A stretch of DNA of 64,000 nucleotides from the human T2T-CHM13v2.0 reference genome, Homo sapiens: NCBI RefSeq assembly GCF_009914755.1, contig NC_060947.1; one strand, given 5' to 3'. Below are positions 44,695-62,206 of this stretch, piece after piece; the first letter of the stretch is position 1; each line of letters starts with the position of its first letter. The position numbers and the translations under genes were made by a program. Under the pieces are notes generated by a model. The model saw nothing but the letters and a program-made list of their open reading frames with translations, did not search any database and was not told where the DNA came from.

Positions 44695-46185
44695 TGAGTC
44701 CACTGAGACTCCTAAACTATTTTTCCAAAAATCCTTAGAGAAGAGGATTTTACCCCTATAAGAAAATATTAAGATCCAGCGATGAGAATCAGGTGATTCC
44801 TTTGGGACTGTACCAGTGGCTGCAGGTTCAGCCCCAGCCCCGTTGTCCTCAGCTCTGTGAGACGGGAAAGCACTGCCACTCCCTCCCTGGAGGAGTCCAC
44901 TAAGGGAACAGAGGTGTGCCTTGCCCCGACCCTGGACAGTTCTCCCCGGGGTGGAAAGGCTGCCTTTCCCACAGAGTAGAGTGGAGCAGCCACATCAGCA
45001 AATGACACCTGCAAATCAAGGCGTGTTTTTATGAGGCTGCCACCGGAGTACCCTTGTCCTTTTCATAGGCTGTGGGGCCGACCAAGGAGTGGACCCGAGA
45101 GTGCCATTTGCCCCCCTGACCCACTCTCCACCTCCATGTCTGGCCCTCTGCCCTGGGAAGCTGATCCTGTCCACAGCCGTCACCCCCCACCCCTAGACTA
45201 GGCTACCACTGGGAGCCCTTCAGGAAGTCAGAGCAAGGGAGGAGAGCCAGGCTGGTTCTTTTCTGTTAGCAGTGGGAGCCCTTTCAGGGTGCTGGCTTTC
45301 CTATATGAAGCTGCCTGTGCCCACAATTGGATGGGCATGCCTGCCAAGCTCTCTCTAGAGGAGTCTGTGAGCCTGTGAAAGGCCCCCTCACCCCGTCACC
45401 TTGGGGTGAAGGCTCCCACAGGTACCCAACCATGGCTTCGGCTGTATTAGTCTGGGATGGTAGAGCCCCAGCTCCACAATGTGGCCCCGGCTCTGCTGTC
45501 TCAGCCATCCCTGCATTCCAGCCCTCACACTCCCTCTCTCATCCCCACTCATCTGCCTGCCGCCAGTCCCTCATCCCTGGCAGGTGGTGGCTGGCCTCTG
45601 GCCTCCCCCACAGTGCCTCTGCCTGGAGGCCATTCGTCTCCTTCCTCCCAGCAGGCATGAAGGAGCCACCCCACCAAAGCTGCCCTCAGCTGCCTCACCG
45701 TGAGTCCAGGGCAGGATTTAGTCCACAGAGTGGCCAACCTGGCCTAGGAAGCCTGAGGGAAGTGTATGCATTGCTCTGACACTCCCATCGCGCACCCCGC
45801 CAGCCACTGCTTTTGCCTCCCCCGCCATCTCCACCTTGTTAACTCCTTCATTCTCCACGCCCAGTCATCAATCAAATCAGGCCTCCATGCTCAGGCCTGA
45901 GCGCAGGACAGGACAGTCTGTTAAGGGATCAGGTGAAGCAAAGGAGCTTGTTAGATCCAGCTCTGGGGTCATCTTAGGCCACACCTAGCTGCATGCCACC
46001 TCCAATTCTAGAACTCCCCCAGGGCCAGCCTGAGGCAGCCATGTCTGCCTGGGGCCGGCTGTGCTCCACTCAGGGCTGGAAGATGGCTGCTGGGCTCCTC
46101 TCCTCCTCCCCACAACTCCCTATGCCTGGGTCACCTGCCTCTTGCTGCCCTCCAACCCCCGACTCACTATCCCTGTCTCCCTTAG

Positions 46186-46470
<285 letters not shown>

Positions 46471-48689
46471 TAGAAGGGTGCAGCGATGGCCCCACCTGGA
46501 ATCATGTCTCTGATAAGAAGCCCGCGGAGCATCTGGGGGACCCTCCAGGGAAATGACCGGGAAAGGCTCAGCGTGTGACCCAGCCCCAGCCAGAGCTCCG
46601 GCTGGCCCTTAGCAGAAGGCTTAGGTGTGCCCTCTGGAATCCTTTATAGTCTCGGCCTGAGGGTGGCATTTCCCAAAGCGTCTGTGTGCCGTGCGCTCTT
46701 CCCTTCCGGTGGCCCTAGAACTATGGCTGCCGAGCTTCAGGGGCTCTCCTGGCGTTCAGACGCTCTAGGAGTTGGTGAGCCCTAGGTACATCCACCCTAG
46801 GTGTGCCCCTCTTCTGTTCAGACTCGACCCTTCTCAACCTTCATCTCTCCATTTTCAAACCGTAACCTCTGGAATTTGTCTTCCTATAAGAACAAAAGCC
46901 GGCCCTCCTTGGCTACACTGACCAAGAGTTCAAGAGCTTTCACGAGTTTGTGGGTTAGTTCAGGGGGGACGTGCTGTGGTCCTGCCCAGAGGCAGCCTCC
47001 TTAGCTGGCATATTGGGCCTCAGCAGCAAGCTGCTCACACACCTAAATCCCCCCACCTCCTGCAGGTTACAGGCTTCATTAAAGCGCAGCTGTGATGTGA
47101 CTTGATGGTGGCCAGAAAGGTGTGCAGAGGCCTCCCATTTCACCAGGCCCAGTCCATCCCTTCCACTGGGCTCTTCCTTGCTTCTCCATCTTAGAGCCAC
47201 TCAATGGCTCCAGCCCCTTTGGCTCAGCTTTGACTCACACAAGCCAAGTCTGCAGAGTTCATTAAGGGTTCATTCTCTCTGGTAACTTTTAAATAGTAAG
47301 TAGGACCAGGCCTGCAGTGGATTTCCGGGAACTCGCTGTAGCACACTGATGCCCAGAGTGTAGTTCTATCCCTGACCCCTGTTTCCTGACTTTCATGAGG
47401 ATCTTTTTTAGGTTTCTGGAATCCTAAACTATCTTGCCAAGTACTGTCTTTACTGGATTATTTCCATTCTCCTTTCCAGAACTCCCCCTGGACAGGGGGA
47501 GACAGATGTCTGCACTTCTGGACCTCACCAGGCCTCGAACTTTGCTTTTACCCTTTCCACATAATTATCCTGTCCTGCCACATTCTGAGAGAATTTTCTG
47601 GAACGCAGTTCCATGAAGACAGCAAATTTTGCTCAGGACAGAGTCTGGCACACAGTGGGTGCTCAAGCAGCAGCTGCTGAATGGATTCCTCAGCCCTATC
47701 TCCCAGCTCTTCAGCCGAGCTGATTCTGCTGTTTGTCCCGTTTCTTATGTTATTAATTTCAACCATTATATTTTTTATTTTTGAGAGTTTTGATGATAGA
47801 GGGAGTTAGAGCTAGTCAAGAGTAGGCCTGAAATATTTAGAAAATGCCTTTGGTCTGGGTCCTCAAAGCATTGTGGTTACTTCAGGGATGACACAGGACA
47901 TGATTTGAGACATTCATATGGCCCAGATCTCTTTGGGGTGAAGCAGCAAAGACAGACCCCTCCTGGTACCGGAAGACGCTTGGCTGGAGAGATGAGGTAG
48001 GGGCTAGATTGTCATTACCTAGGCCTCACCTTGCCCCAGATCCATGGACTGGAAAAAACATGACAACCACATGCCTTTTCATTAATATTCCTCCGAGCCG
48101 CTCACCAGACAGTCTGGGGACAGGTCACCACTGCCCCTTAGCTGTCACTGTGGATGAGTGTCATGGGGCTGCCGTCACAAACTACCACAAACTCAGTGGC
48201 TTCAAACCACAGAAATGGATTCTCTCAGGGTTCTGGAAATCTTGAGTCTGAAATCAGGGTGTTGGCAAATGGAAAGGTTCCCTATGGAGGCCGGGAGGGA
48301 GAAGCAGCTGCAGGGCTGCCGGCAGTCTTTGGCGTTCCTTGACTCCAAGGTGTGTCACCCCAGTCTCTGCCTTCATCTTCACGTGGCCTTCTTCCCTCTG
48401 TCTGCGTGTCCGTGTCCAAGCGTTCCTTTTCTTATCAGGACACCAGTCATTCGATTAGGGCCCACCCTGCTCCAGTGTGACCTCATCTTAACCTGAACAC
48501 ATCTTTTGGGGGACCCACTTCAACCCAGTGTAGTCACCATCAACTGCTAAGTCAGATGACATCCCCGCGTGTGAGGGAGAAATAATCCAAGCCTTCCTCC
48601 ATCCCCCATGGGATTCGGAATGGGTGAAGGGAAGGCTCGGGCACGTACATTCAGCACAGTGCTCCACCCTTCCCTGCTCTGCTCAATAA

Positions 48690-48818
<129 letters not shown>

Positions 48819-48893
48819 GGTCTGCCTCCTACCCATCCCGCCCACCGGGGCTTTGGCCACCTCTCCTTTCCCCCTCCTTCTCCATCCCTGTAA

Positions 48894-48899
48894 AATAAA
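48894..48899 (+). terminator. Polyadenylation signal of opsin copy 2
   Basis: AATAAA, paralogous to 11778. Confidence 0.8.
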
Positions 48900-49248
48900 T
48901 GTAATTTATCTTTGCCAAAACCAACAAAGTCACAGAGGCTTTCACTGCAGTGTGGGACCACCTGAGCCTCTGCGTGTGCAGGCACTGGGTCTCGAGAGGG
49001 TGCAAGGGGGATAAAGAGGAGAGAGCGCTTCATAGACTTTAAGTTTTCCCGAGCCTCATGTCTACCGATGGCGTGAAAGGATCCTGGCAAAACAGAAGTG
49101 TGAGGCAGGTGGGCGTCTATATCCATTTCACCAGGCTGGTGGTTACATAATCGGCAAGCAAGAGCTGTGGAGGGGCTTGCTGGATGCCCTCAGCACCCAG
49201 GAGGAGGGAGGGAGCTAGCAAGCTAAGGCAGGTGGCCCTCCTGGCCCC

Positions 49249-49605
49249 TTAAGGTCCATCTGCTGGAGGCCCAGAGTCCTTGGAGTACAGTCTACACCTG
49301 GAGGGGACCCATTCCTGCCAGTCTGTGGCAGGGATGGCGCGCCACCTCTGCCAGGCCAGGACCCCAAGCCCGATCAGCATCAGCATGGTGCAGGTGCACA
49401 GGCGTGAGCTGATCAGTGACGAGGGGCAGGCACACAAGGTGGAGACAAAGACCAAGAGGACGGTTGCCAGTGAGAGGCGCGGACTCAGGAACTTGAACAA
49501 CATCTGCGGGGGACGGCTTTGGAGGTGCTCCGCTGCCTCCAGTTGGGTGACTTGCTGTAGCATCTCCAGCTTGGATATTCGGCTCTTGAAGGTCTCCGTG
49601 ATCTC
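49249..49605 (-). CDS. TEX28: TEX28 copy 2, last exon coding part
   Basis: Identical translation to 12133-12489. Functional gene vs pseudogene status cannot be decided, as its 5' exons lie beyond the window. Confidence 0.92.
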   Translation of the reverse strand, partial: EITETFKSRISKLEMLQQVTQLEAAEHLQSRPPQMLFKFLSPRLSLATVLLVFVSTLCACPSSLISSRLCTCTMLMLIGLGVLAWQRWRAIPATDWQEWVPSRCRLYSKDSGPPADGP

Positions 49606-50224
49606 CTGCAGGAGACGAAAATGCACGCACCAGAAGTCAGCACAGAGTTGTGGTCGTTTATTGAGTTCTTAGGGGTGAGCAGAAAGCACTGTGGAGTGGG
49701 TATTCGAGGAGGGAAGCAGAGAGCCTAGAGCACATTCAGGGCAGAGGGGAGGGCGCAGGCTCTCCAGCAACAGGGAAAGCTTCATCTGACCCGGCTGCAC
49801 TCCCCCATCCACTGTCTCCCGAAGCTGAGGACCTGGTCAAGACACAGCTACCCAGGGACGGGGGTGGGCGCTATGGGAATGGAAAAGTGAGGAGAGGGAA
49901 GCCAGGTCTAAGGAGGGGTTCTGAGAGGGCGCTCCCTACACCTGCAGCCGCAGCAGAAGCAGCTCCACCCCAGATCTCCCGAGTCAGAGGCTCACGGGTG
50001 AGCACTGCAGCACCAGAGTGGCAAAAGCAGCTAAGCCAGATGGTGGGAAGCGGAGCGTGAGTGTAAAGATCAGATGCTGCTAGCTCTGAAACAAATGTGT
50101 GTGGCCATCGAACCCTCAGGAGGGGGCAGCTCGAGGACCCGTGTCTTGCTTTGGTTTGGGGGTATCAGAATAGATTCGCTCATCCCTCCAGTCTTCTTGC
50201 AAGGCTCCCCCAGGAGGTTCTCAC

Positions 50225-50360
50225 CCATATTTCCTTGGCTCTCTCATAGGATAGATAGGCCATTCTCTCTTCGCTGCAGGCCAGATTGTGTTTGAGGTTG
50301 TAAATCTCATTCAGCTGTCCCTGCAGGCGACCATTCACCTGTTCTTCCATCAATGCTTGC
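50225..50360 (-). CDS. TEX28: TEX28 copy 2, exon 4
   Basis: Identical to 13109-13244, with intact splice sites. Confidence 0.92.
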
Positions 50361-50960
50361 CTTGGGAGCAAAAGAGAAAGTGAGATTCCTTCAGTACCTC
50401 ATCCAGAGCTCATGCCAACAGCGAGCGGTCCTGACCTAGACTAGATTCGGGTTCAGCTTCTGCCTTCCTCCCCGCTCCCCAGGCTCTAGGGAAAGCCTGC
50501 CTCCCACTCCAGGTCTGCCTGGGAACACCCCAAACACACACCAGCCACACGCACACCAATATTCATATATATTTTATATGTAGTTACTCTTTTGTAACAG
50601 CTTTACAAAAATAGCCACAGACTAGAAGTTGTAGAAATGACAGTGTGAACTATCTGTGTGTGCTCTTCAGTTCCGCAAATCCCCCAGGACCAGTGTTGAG
50701 CACGAAGTCTAGCCTGCAGTTTAGCCTGCAGTTACTCTATAGAAACATGGTGACTATAAGGATTGAAAAGCCACAAAAGACCACAGATTCCAGTACAATT
50801 CCATTAGTTACGAAATGTCCAGAATAGGCAAATCCATAGAGACAGAAAGCAGATTAGTGGGTGCCAGGGGCTGGGGGTGGGGGATGGGCAGTGGCTGCTA
50901 ATGAGTACAGGGTTGCTTTGGGGCTGGTGAAAATATTGTAGGACCGGGCACGGTGGCTCA

Positions 50961-51254
<294 letters not shown>

Positions 51255-53036
51255 TTAGATAGTGGTGATGGTTGAACAACTCTGTGACTATACGAAAAAC
51301 CAGTGAATTGTACACTTTAAATTGGTGAATTTTATGGGATGTGAATTATATCTCAATAGAGCCGTTATTTAAACAAAAAGAGAAAAGTGAATCATGGCAA
51401 TAGTTGCGCAACTCAGTAAATTTACTAAAAACCATTGAAATGTAGTTAAAATGGTGCATTTTATAATATGTAAATTATATCTCAATAGAGCTGTTAAAAA
51501 ACCACAAGCAGGCCAGGCGCAGTGGTTCACAGTTGCAATCCCAGCGCTTTGGGAGGCCAAGGCAAGGGGATTGTTTGAGGCCAGGAGGAATTCAACACCA
51601 GCCTGGGCAACACAGTGAGACCCTGTCTCTACAAAAAAAATTTTTAATTATCTGGGTGTGGTGGCACGCGCCTGTAGTCTCAGCTACTCTGGAGGCTGAG
51701 GCAGGAGGACCTCTTGAGTCCGGGAGTTCGAGGCTGCAGTGAGCTGCCATCACGCCACTGCACTCCAGCCTGGGCAGCAGAGTGAGACCCTATCTCTAAA
51801 AGAAAACAATCACTACCTGTTGTGTATATAATTATATAAGTAGTAAAAGTATAAAACCATGCATGGAAAAGATAAGCACCCAAATGAGAATGGTGAGGCC
51901 AGTATAGCAAGGCCAGAATAGCAAGGAAGGGAGATGGTGCTGGAAAGGGGTAATGAGGGCTTCAACAGAATATTTTAAAGTTTTATTTCCTAAAAAAATA
52001 AGATTTGAAGTGAATATGGCAAATGTTAAGATTTCAGAAAGCTGGGGCTGTTAATTATGTTATCCTTACATTTTCCCTTTGCTTGAAATACTTCATAATT
52101 TAAAAACTTCTATGAAGTTCCCCTTTTGGCACCACAAAGAACGGGCCAGAAGGACAGAGGCCAGGGGGCCAGTGAGGGGGCTCTGGCACCACCGCTTACG
52201 TAGAAGAGAGAAGGCACCAGAGCGTGATGGAACCCATAGACTGGCAGGGCTGCCGCCCCAGGAGGCCCAGGAGGGTGGCGGCAGGCCTCAGGTGCAGGAG
52301 GTCTAAACGGTGGTGCTGACAGAGACGGGGAAAACAGTGACGACTTCTATTCGGTCCCACTCCAAGGACTTGACCAACACCCACACGGAGAAATCCCCCG
52401 GGCACTGAATAAGCTGACAGCTCATTTGTTGAAAGCCAATTTGTCAAAAGCTGGTTCCTCGCAGCATTTCAAGGAATATTCCATTTGTCTCTGCCCCAGG
52501 TCCCTGTTAAGAAGAGAGTCGGTGGACAACATGGACTAGGCCACTGCTCACAGAGAGGGGGAGTGGGTCGGCAGGATGGTCACCCCGAAAATAGATTCCT
52601 CATTACTGTCTTTCCATTTACATGAATGATCTAGCTGTGAGAACATTCAAGATTTTAACTGTCCTCAGGAATATGAAGTCAATCTTCATCAATGTATTGG
52701 TAAAGATACATGAAGATATTCTTCAGTGCATTCTTGAAGAGTCTATTCAGATGTCAGTAAACAATATTTTCATAAGGATATTCTCTCAGTCTCCCCTTCT
52801 CTCTGGCCCCCATCTCCTGGCCCTCTGGCAGCCGCGCTCCCTTCTCTTCCTTGGTCAAGGACCCCCCTCTCTCCACCTCCTACAGTCACAAAAGCAAATG
52901 GACAACTCTGGAGAATGCTCTTATGAACACAAAACGATGACCAGTCAACCCAGACACCCTCAAGACAGACCGAAGGTGTTAAGACCACCCTCTCCAACAC
53001 AAAGTGTTCTAAACTTTATTGTTTTTTTCAAAATAG

Positions 53037-53162
<126 letters not shown>

Positions 53163-54153
53163 TGAGTAGCTGGGACTACAGGTATGCGCCATCATGCCGG
53201 GCTAATTTTTTGTATTTTTAGTAGAGACAGGGTTTCACCATGTTGGCCAGGCTGGTCTCCAACTCCTGACCTCAGGTGACCCGCCTGCCTCGGCCTCCCA
53301 AAGTGCTGGGATTACAGGTGTGAGCCATTGGGCCCAGCCGGAAAGAGTATATTCTTGGTCATTTCTGAGAATTTGCTTTTGGCAAATTGAGCTAGAGCCT
53401 AATCATGGCCCACAACTTGGAGGAAAAGTCTGAGACGGAGAAACAGCTGTAGGAGGGGTCAATAGCCCAGGTGCAATCGGTGCATGTGGCCAGGATGGAT
53501 GAGCTCACTCTGAGCAAATGTGCCAAAGCAAGGGGCCCTGGGGAGCTGGGGGAAGAGCCAACAAAACAGAAGCGAAAGCAGGAGGAAATTCGCCAGGACG
53601 GCTCACACAGGAACCCAGAGGATGTAGGGATACAGTGGAAAGGTTGAACATACATGTAACTGGGGCCTTAGAAGGGGAAAAATGAGAGACTAGGGCAGAG
53701 TCACTATTTGAAAATATAATGGCTGAAAACGTCCAAAACTGACAAAAGACATCAAGCCATAACCCCAAGTAGCAATGCGAAGCCCAAGCAGGATGAATGC
53801 AAAGAAAATCACACCAAGGGGAGAGTCAGCGGCACAAAAAAGAAGAGAGAAAGAAAATCACGCCAAACATCATCATAGCAAAACCACTAAACAACAAAGA
53901 AAAACAAAAGATCTTAAAAGGAGCCTGAGGAAAACAAAACTGTGATCCGAGGAGCAACAAGAAGACTGGCAGCTGCCTTTTCAACAGAAACCATGGAAGT
54001 CAGAAGGGAATGATTTGTTCAAAATGCTTATTATTTCCAAAAATTAAGTGCCAACTTAGAATTCTATGTCCAGCAAAAAATATCCTTCAGGGCCGGGTGT
54101 GGTGGCTCACGCCTGTAATCCCAGCACTTTGGGAGGCCGAGGCAGGCGGATCA

Positions 54154-54504
<351 letters not shown>

Positions 54505-55232
54505 CTATGTTAACAAAATGATCCATATTTCAGGTTCACACTGAAATATTTACAGATGAACTGATATAATGTCTGTGCTTTGCTTCAACGCAATAGGGAT
54601 GAGAGGAACCAGTTCAGAGAGCAGATCAGACCTTAGGTCAGACCTCCTCAGAGATCCCAAGATGCAGGATGCTGTGACATGGAGGAGAAGTCGGGGAAAA
54701 AATGGAAGTTCTTGTGCCTTCAAGTTAACACGACCCCAGCCTGCAACAAAGCCCTAAGCAGATACCTTGAGGAAAGTCAGCCCGAGACTGGATCCCTGGG
54801 GCTGAGAGGTCACAGAGCAACACTGAAGCCTCTAGGAACCATAGCCTGTTATCTCCAAGCCTCGTCTGAAAGCGAAACATACCAGAACAGTCTTGGGACA
54901 GAGGAGCTAGGGTCTGGATGCCCCCAAGGACCTCGTGTCCAGAAGGGAAAGAAAAACATGGAGACCTGGCATATTCACTTCCGGGCGTTTTCAATATGAC
55001 AGGAGGCTATAAGAAAATTTCACGACTGCCCACTTGTGGATACAGCCAGAAATACAAAGCAAGAGTGAAAGTTTTGCCTACTCGGCACCTGAGTAGCTTC
55101 TTTTTTATTCAATTTTTATTGAGGTAAATTTCATGTAACATAAAATGAATTATTTTAAGGTGAACAATTCAGTGGCATTTAGCACATGTGGTGTTGTGCA
55201 ACCACCATGGCTATTAATAGTTCCAAGACATT

Positions 55233-55562
<330 letters not shown>

Positions 55563-55923
55563 CTATTTAGCAGTCACTCCCCATTCCCCATCACCCCAGT
55601 CCCTGGTAACCACCAATCTGCTTTCTGACTTGAGTAGCTTCTTATCTCTGAACCTCTACCAGCAATTTATGAATGAGAGATGGACAAGACCATCAGGTAT
55701 GTGGAGACGGTCCTAGAGAAGCTGCTAGAAAGTGACAGACAACCAGAGTAAGGGGTAGTGGAGCACTGTAATGCTGTGGAGAGGAGAGGGCAGCAGGAAT
55801 GACAAACCCAGGAGGCATTGACTCAGGGAAAGAAGAGGAAGGCAGGGTCAGGTCGAGATCTTGGCCAAATCCCTGAGCTCATCAACCTAGGGTGCTCCAT
55901 TGATGAATTTATCAAGAGTCATT

Positions 55924-56716
<793 letters not shown>

Positions 56717-57420
56717 TAAATTCAGTTCCATCAGCATCTACTTGGGGCTTACACACAAGTATTAATTAATTCTCACAACAGTTCCAACAATAGTGGGATC
56801 ATTTTTACCTCCATGTTACAGATGTGGAAACTGAGGATTGCAAACTTGAAGCACCTCGTCCAAGGTCATTCAGTAAATACCTTGCAGAGAGGAGGCTGGG
56901 CCAGGCCTAAATCCAGAATCAGCCCTCCTGGCCCTGCCCTGATGTTCCCAAGACACAGCAGATAGAGTTCTGACATACATGGAGGAGGGAGGCAGCCCAG
57001 AGGGCGAGCTGGGTCCCTTCAGGAAGGGAGGAAAAGCAGCATCCAGACTGATCCATGAAACAGGTACTCACAGAACAGCCATCATGTGCCAACATGTCTT
57101 TGGGCAGTCACTCAGACACAGTGGCCGACCTGAATGTGCTGATATTTTGACGAGAACAATACAACACAAATGAATACCTACACAAGGGAGAGCAGTTTAG
57201 GCGGTGAGTGCTGCGAGAAAGGAAAAAGTAGGGGAGTGACAAAGACTGGTCCGGAGTATATAAAGAGCTCTGACAACTCAACAATAAAAAGACAATCCAA
57301 GTTGAAAACAAGCCAAAGACTTATTGGCTGATAAGCACATGAAAAGGGGTTCAGCATCATTAATTGTCAGAGGCAGGGTCACACACCCACTAGTCTCATG
57401 GGCTAGGATACTGGTTCTCA

Positions 57421-57890
<470 letters not shown>

Positions 57891-58593
57891 TTACCTTCTA
57901 TGACCAAAAAAGGGGGCTTTCCAGAAGTGGTGAGTTTAAGGGTATTGAGATGCAAAGATTATCCTAGATTATCCTGGTGGCCCTAAATGCAATCACATGT
58001 ATGAGAGAGAGGCAGAAGGACATTAGACACACACAGACGAGAATGTCATGTGAAGACAGAACACAGGTTTGAAGATGCTGGCCTTCAGGACAGGAATGAT
58101 GTGGCCACAAAATTAAGGAATTTGGCAGCCACCAGAAACTGGAAGAGGCAAAGATCAGTTTGTCCCCTAGAGCCTCCAATGAGTGTGTGTCCTCCTCGCC
58201 TGATTTCAGCCCAGTGAAACGGATTTCGGCCTTCTAGCCTCCAGGACTGCGAGAGAATAACTTTCTATTATTTTAAGCCATGAAGTTGGGGGCAATTTGT
58301 CACGGCAGCATCAATTAATTCACGGCACCACTGGCATCAAGTAAGTGGAGACCAGGGATGCTGCTCATCATCCTAGAATGTACAGGACAGCCCCGCACAA
58401 CAGAGAATCATTTGGTCCAAAATGTCGACAGTGCCAAGGTCGAGAGAACATGGGCTAGGGTGATGAAATTTTGGAGTCTAATTTCACCAAGTTGTGGCTG
58501 AACTTAAGAGGCTGACATTTAAAAGACTGATCTTGCCAAACGTTGGCAACTGGAACTCTTATACACTCCTAGCGGGACTGTAAAATGGTATAG

Positions 58594-58788
<195 letters not shown>

Positions 58789-59851
58789 TAGTAGAGACAG
58801 GGTTTACTCCATGTTGTTCAGGCTGGTCTCGAACTCCCGACCTCAGGTGATCCGCCTGCCTCAGCCTCCCAAAGTGCTGGGATTACAGGGGTGAGCCACC
58901 GCGCCCGGCCTTCCTCTTTCTTAAAAAGTTAAGCATACTGCTATGGTGTACATGTCCCCCCCAAAACTCGTGTTGAAATTTAATGGCCATGTGATGGTGT
59001 TAAGGGGTGGGACTGGTAAGAGGCGATTAATATTAATATTGTTATCATGAAAGTTTGGCCCCCGCTCGCTCTCTCACGCCCTCTTGCCCTTCTGCCTTCC
59101 GCCATAGGATGATGCCGTACAAAGGTCCTCACCAGCTGCCAGCGCCTTGACATTGAACTTCCTTTCTTTATAAACCACCCAGCCTGCGGTACTCTGTTAC
59201 AGCAACAGAAAGTGGGACTAAGACACATAACACTTCCCTGTTATCTAGCAATTCCATATATGAAAGCATATGTTCACAGAAAGACTTGTGCGAGAACGTT
59301 CATAGCAGCTTTATTCAGTCGCCCCAACTGGCAGCGGACCAGGGCATAAGCAACCTGCGGCGTCTCCATGCAATGGAAGGCTGCCAAGCAATACGAAGCC
59401 ATGAGCTACTCACTTCACACAGCTTGGGTGGATCTCAAAACAATTCCACGGAGCGAAAGCCGCCAGACACAAAGCACTGCGTGCCGTGCGATTCCACTTA
59501 CGTGAAGTTCAAAAGGAGATGAAGCTAGAGTGACAGAAACCGGAACAGTGGCCAATTATGGGAGACGGGCATTCACTGGAAGAGGGTATGAGGGTACTTT
59601 CTGGGGTGGTGGCAAAGCTCTTTATTGGGATTTTAGCTGCCCAGGTGTAAACCTTTGTCAAAACTCGTTAAACTGTATGCCTAAACTTAAATGCAATTTC
59701 ACTGCATAAAATTTACCTCAAAAAGGCCAGGCGCGGTGGCTCACTCCTGTAATCCCAGCACTTTGGGAGGCCGAGGCAGGTGGATCGCCTGAGGACAGGA
59801 GTTCGAGACCAGCCTGACCAACATGGAGAAACCCCATCTCTACTAAAATTA

Positions 59852-60034
<183 letters not shown>

Positions 60035-60724
60035 TCAAAAAACCCCGCTTCCAAAAGAATAAAAGAAGAGGCCATTTGAACGTGGTAGCCTGGGAAGTCC
60101 CTTTGAGGAGAGGACATCAGAGCAGAGCCTAAAGGACAAGCTGAGTGTGGGAGTTTCCTCTGGCTGCCATCACAAAGCGTTACAAACTTTGAGTGGCTTT
60201 CCCAGCAGAGATGGCCTCTCTCCTGGCTGGGGGTCCAGCAGTCCGAGAGGAAGGCCCAGGCTGGGCGGGCTCCTGCCGAGGACCGAGAAGGCGCCTCCAC
60301 TCGGGGCCTCTGTCCCAGCTTCTGCTCTGCTGCCCACCTGCGGGCTTCCTTGGCTTCTGCCACGGCAGGTCGGCCTCAGCCTCTGTCTCCACACGGCGCT
60401 CTCCCTCTGGGTGTGTCCGTGTCTCCGTCTCCCCTTTCTGTCAGGACACAGGTCACACTGCATTAGGGCCCACCCCTCTGCAGAATGACCTCATCCAGAT
60501 CTAACTCATCACGTCCGCAACGACCCTGTTTCCAAATAAGCCGGTTCCTTGTCACCAAGTGGAGCCTTCAATGAGTTGATGCCAAGGCAGGTCTAGGGAA
60601 CTAGAAATGGGGCAAGAAGCAATGTCCTCCAGCCAGGTGTGGTGGCTCACACCTGTAACTCCAGCACTTTGGGAGGCCGAGGTGGGTGGATCGCTTCAGG
60701 TCAGGAGTTCGAGACCCCTGGTCA

Positions 60725-61015
<291 letters not shown>

Positions 61016-62175
61016 CTACCCCAGGCATTGACCACTCGGGCTACAAAGGTGAAGGAGGAGGGTGGGGCTGGGCAGGCTGGGACTGGCTATGGACCCCAGA
61101 GAGTAAAGATGGTTTTGCTGGCACCATACCCCCAACTCCAGGACTTGTCCATGCCCTGTCTACGGGGCCAAGACTGAAACCTGACTGCCTTTCACCATCA
61201 AGCAGAAGTCAGCTGCGCATCCTGTAAGAGATGGGGAAGGACCCCCAAGACCCTCCCAGAGCCCCCTGGCTCATTAGGAGGCTAGAGGGGGCCTCCTGCA
61301 ACTCTGCATGCAAGGTGCCCAGATGAGACCTGGCCAGTCGAGACTTTTACTTGAAGGCTCCCCATGCCTTCCTTGGGTGCCATCTCTTCTACCAATGAAC
61401 GTTTTCTGAGTTTCTCAAGCCTTCTTTCCTCCTGACCCACGAAGAAACTGAGGGACCGGGGCCTTCTGGTCCCCCAGGAGACTGGCTTGTGCTGAGGAGG
61501 TCGGCCGCTCACTGTGCATCTTCTCGGAGATCTGAAGCTCCTCCTATTTCCACAAGAAAGAAAGGGAAGCTTGGCAAAGACCCTTCCATCCAGAATCATC
61601 AAGTTCGCGACGCCCGTGCTTCTCCTCAGCACACAGAGAGGAGAGTTACCAGGGGCCTCAAGCAACTCCAGCGGAAGCAGTCACAGTCCTTCCAGGACCC
61701 AGGAACGTCCTCTGCAAGGACCTACAAACCCAGACCTCATGAAGGAGGAGACCCCAGGGCCAGCCCCAAGCCTCCTGAGTCTAATTGTTGCTGTGATAGA
61801 GACCCTGCACTTCGCAGAATCAAAAAGAATATATTGTGGGTTTTTTGTTTTTACCACAATCAATTAAAAAATGCATTAAAAAGTAAGAACTGTCCAGGCA
61901 CAGTGGCTCACATCTGTAACCCCAGTACTTGGGGAGGCCGTGGCCAGGTGTTCAAGACCAGCCTGGGCAACATAGCAAGATCCCATCTCTACAAATAATA
62001 ATAATTTTTAAAAAGTTAGCCAGGCATGGTGGCACATGCTTTGTACTCCCAGCTACTCGGGAGGCTGAGGCAGGAAGATCGCTTGAGCCCAGGAGTTCAA
62101 GGCTGTAGTGAACTATGACTGCATGCAGCCTGGGCAACAGAGACCCTGAAGAAAAAGAAAGAAAGAAAGAGAGAT

Positions 62176-62206
<31 letters not shown>

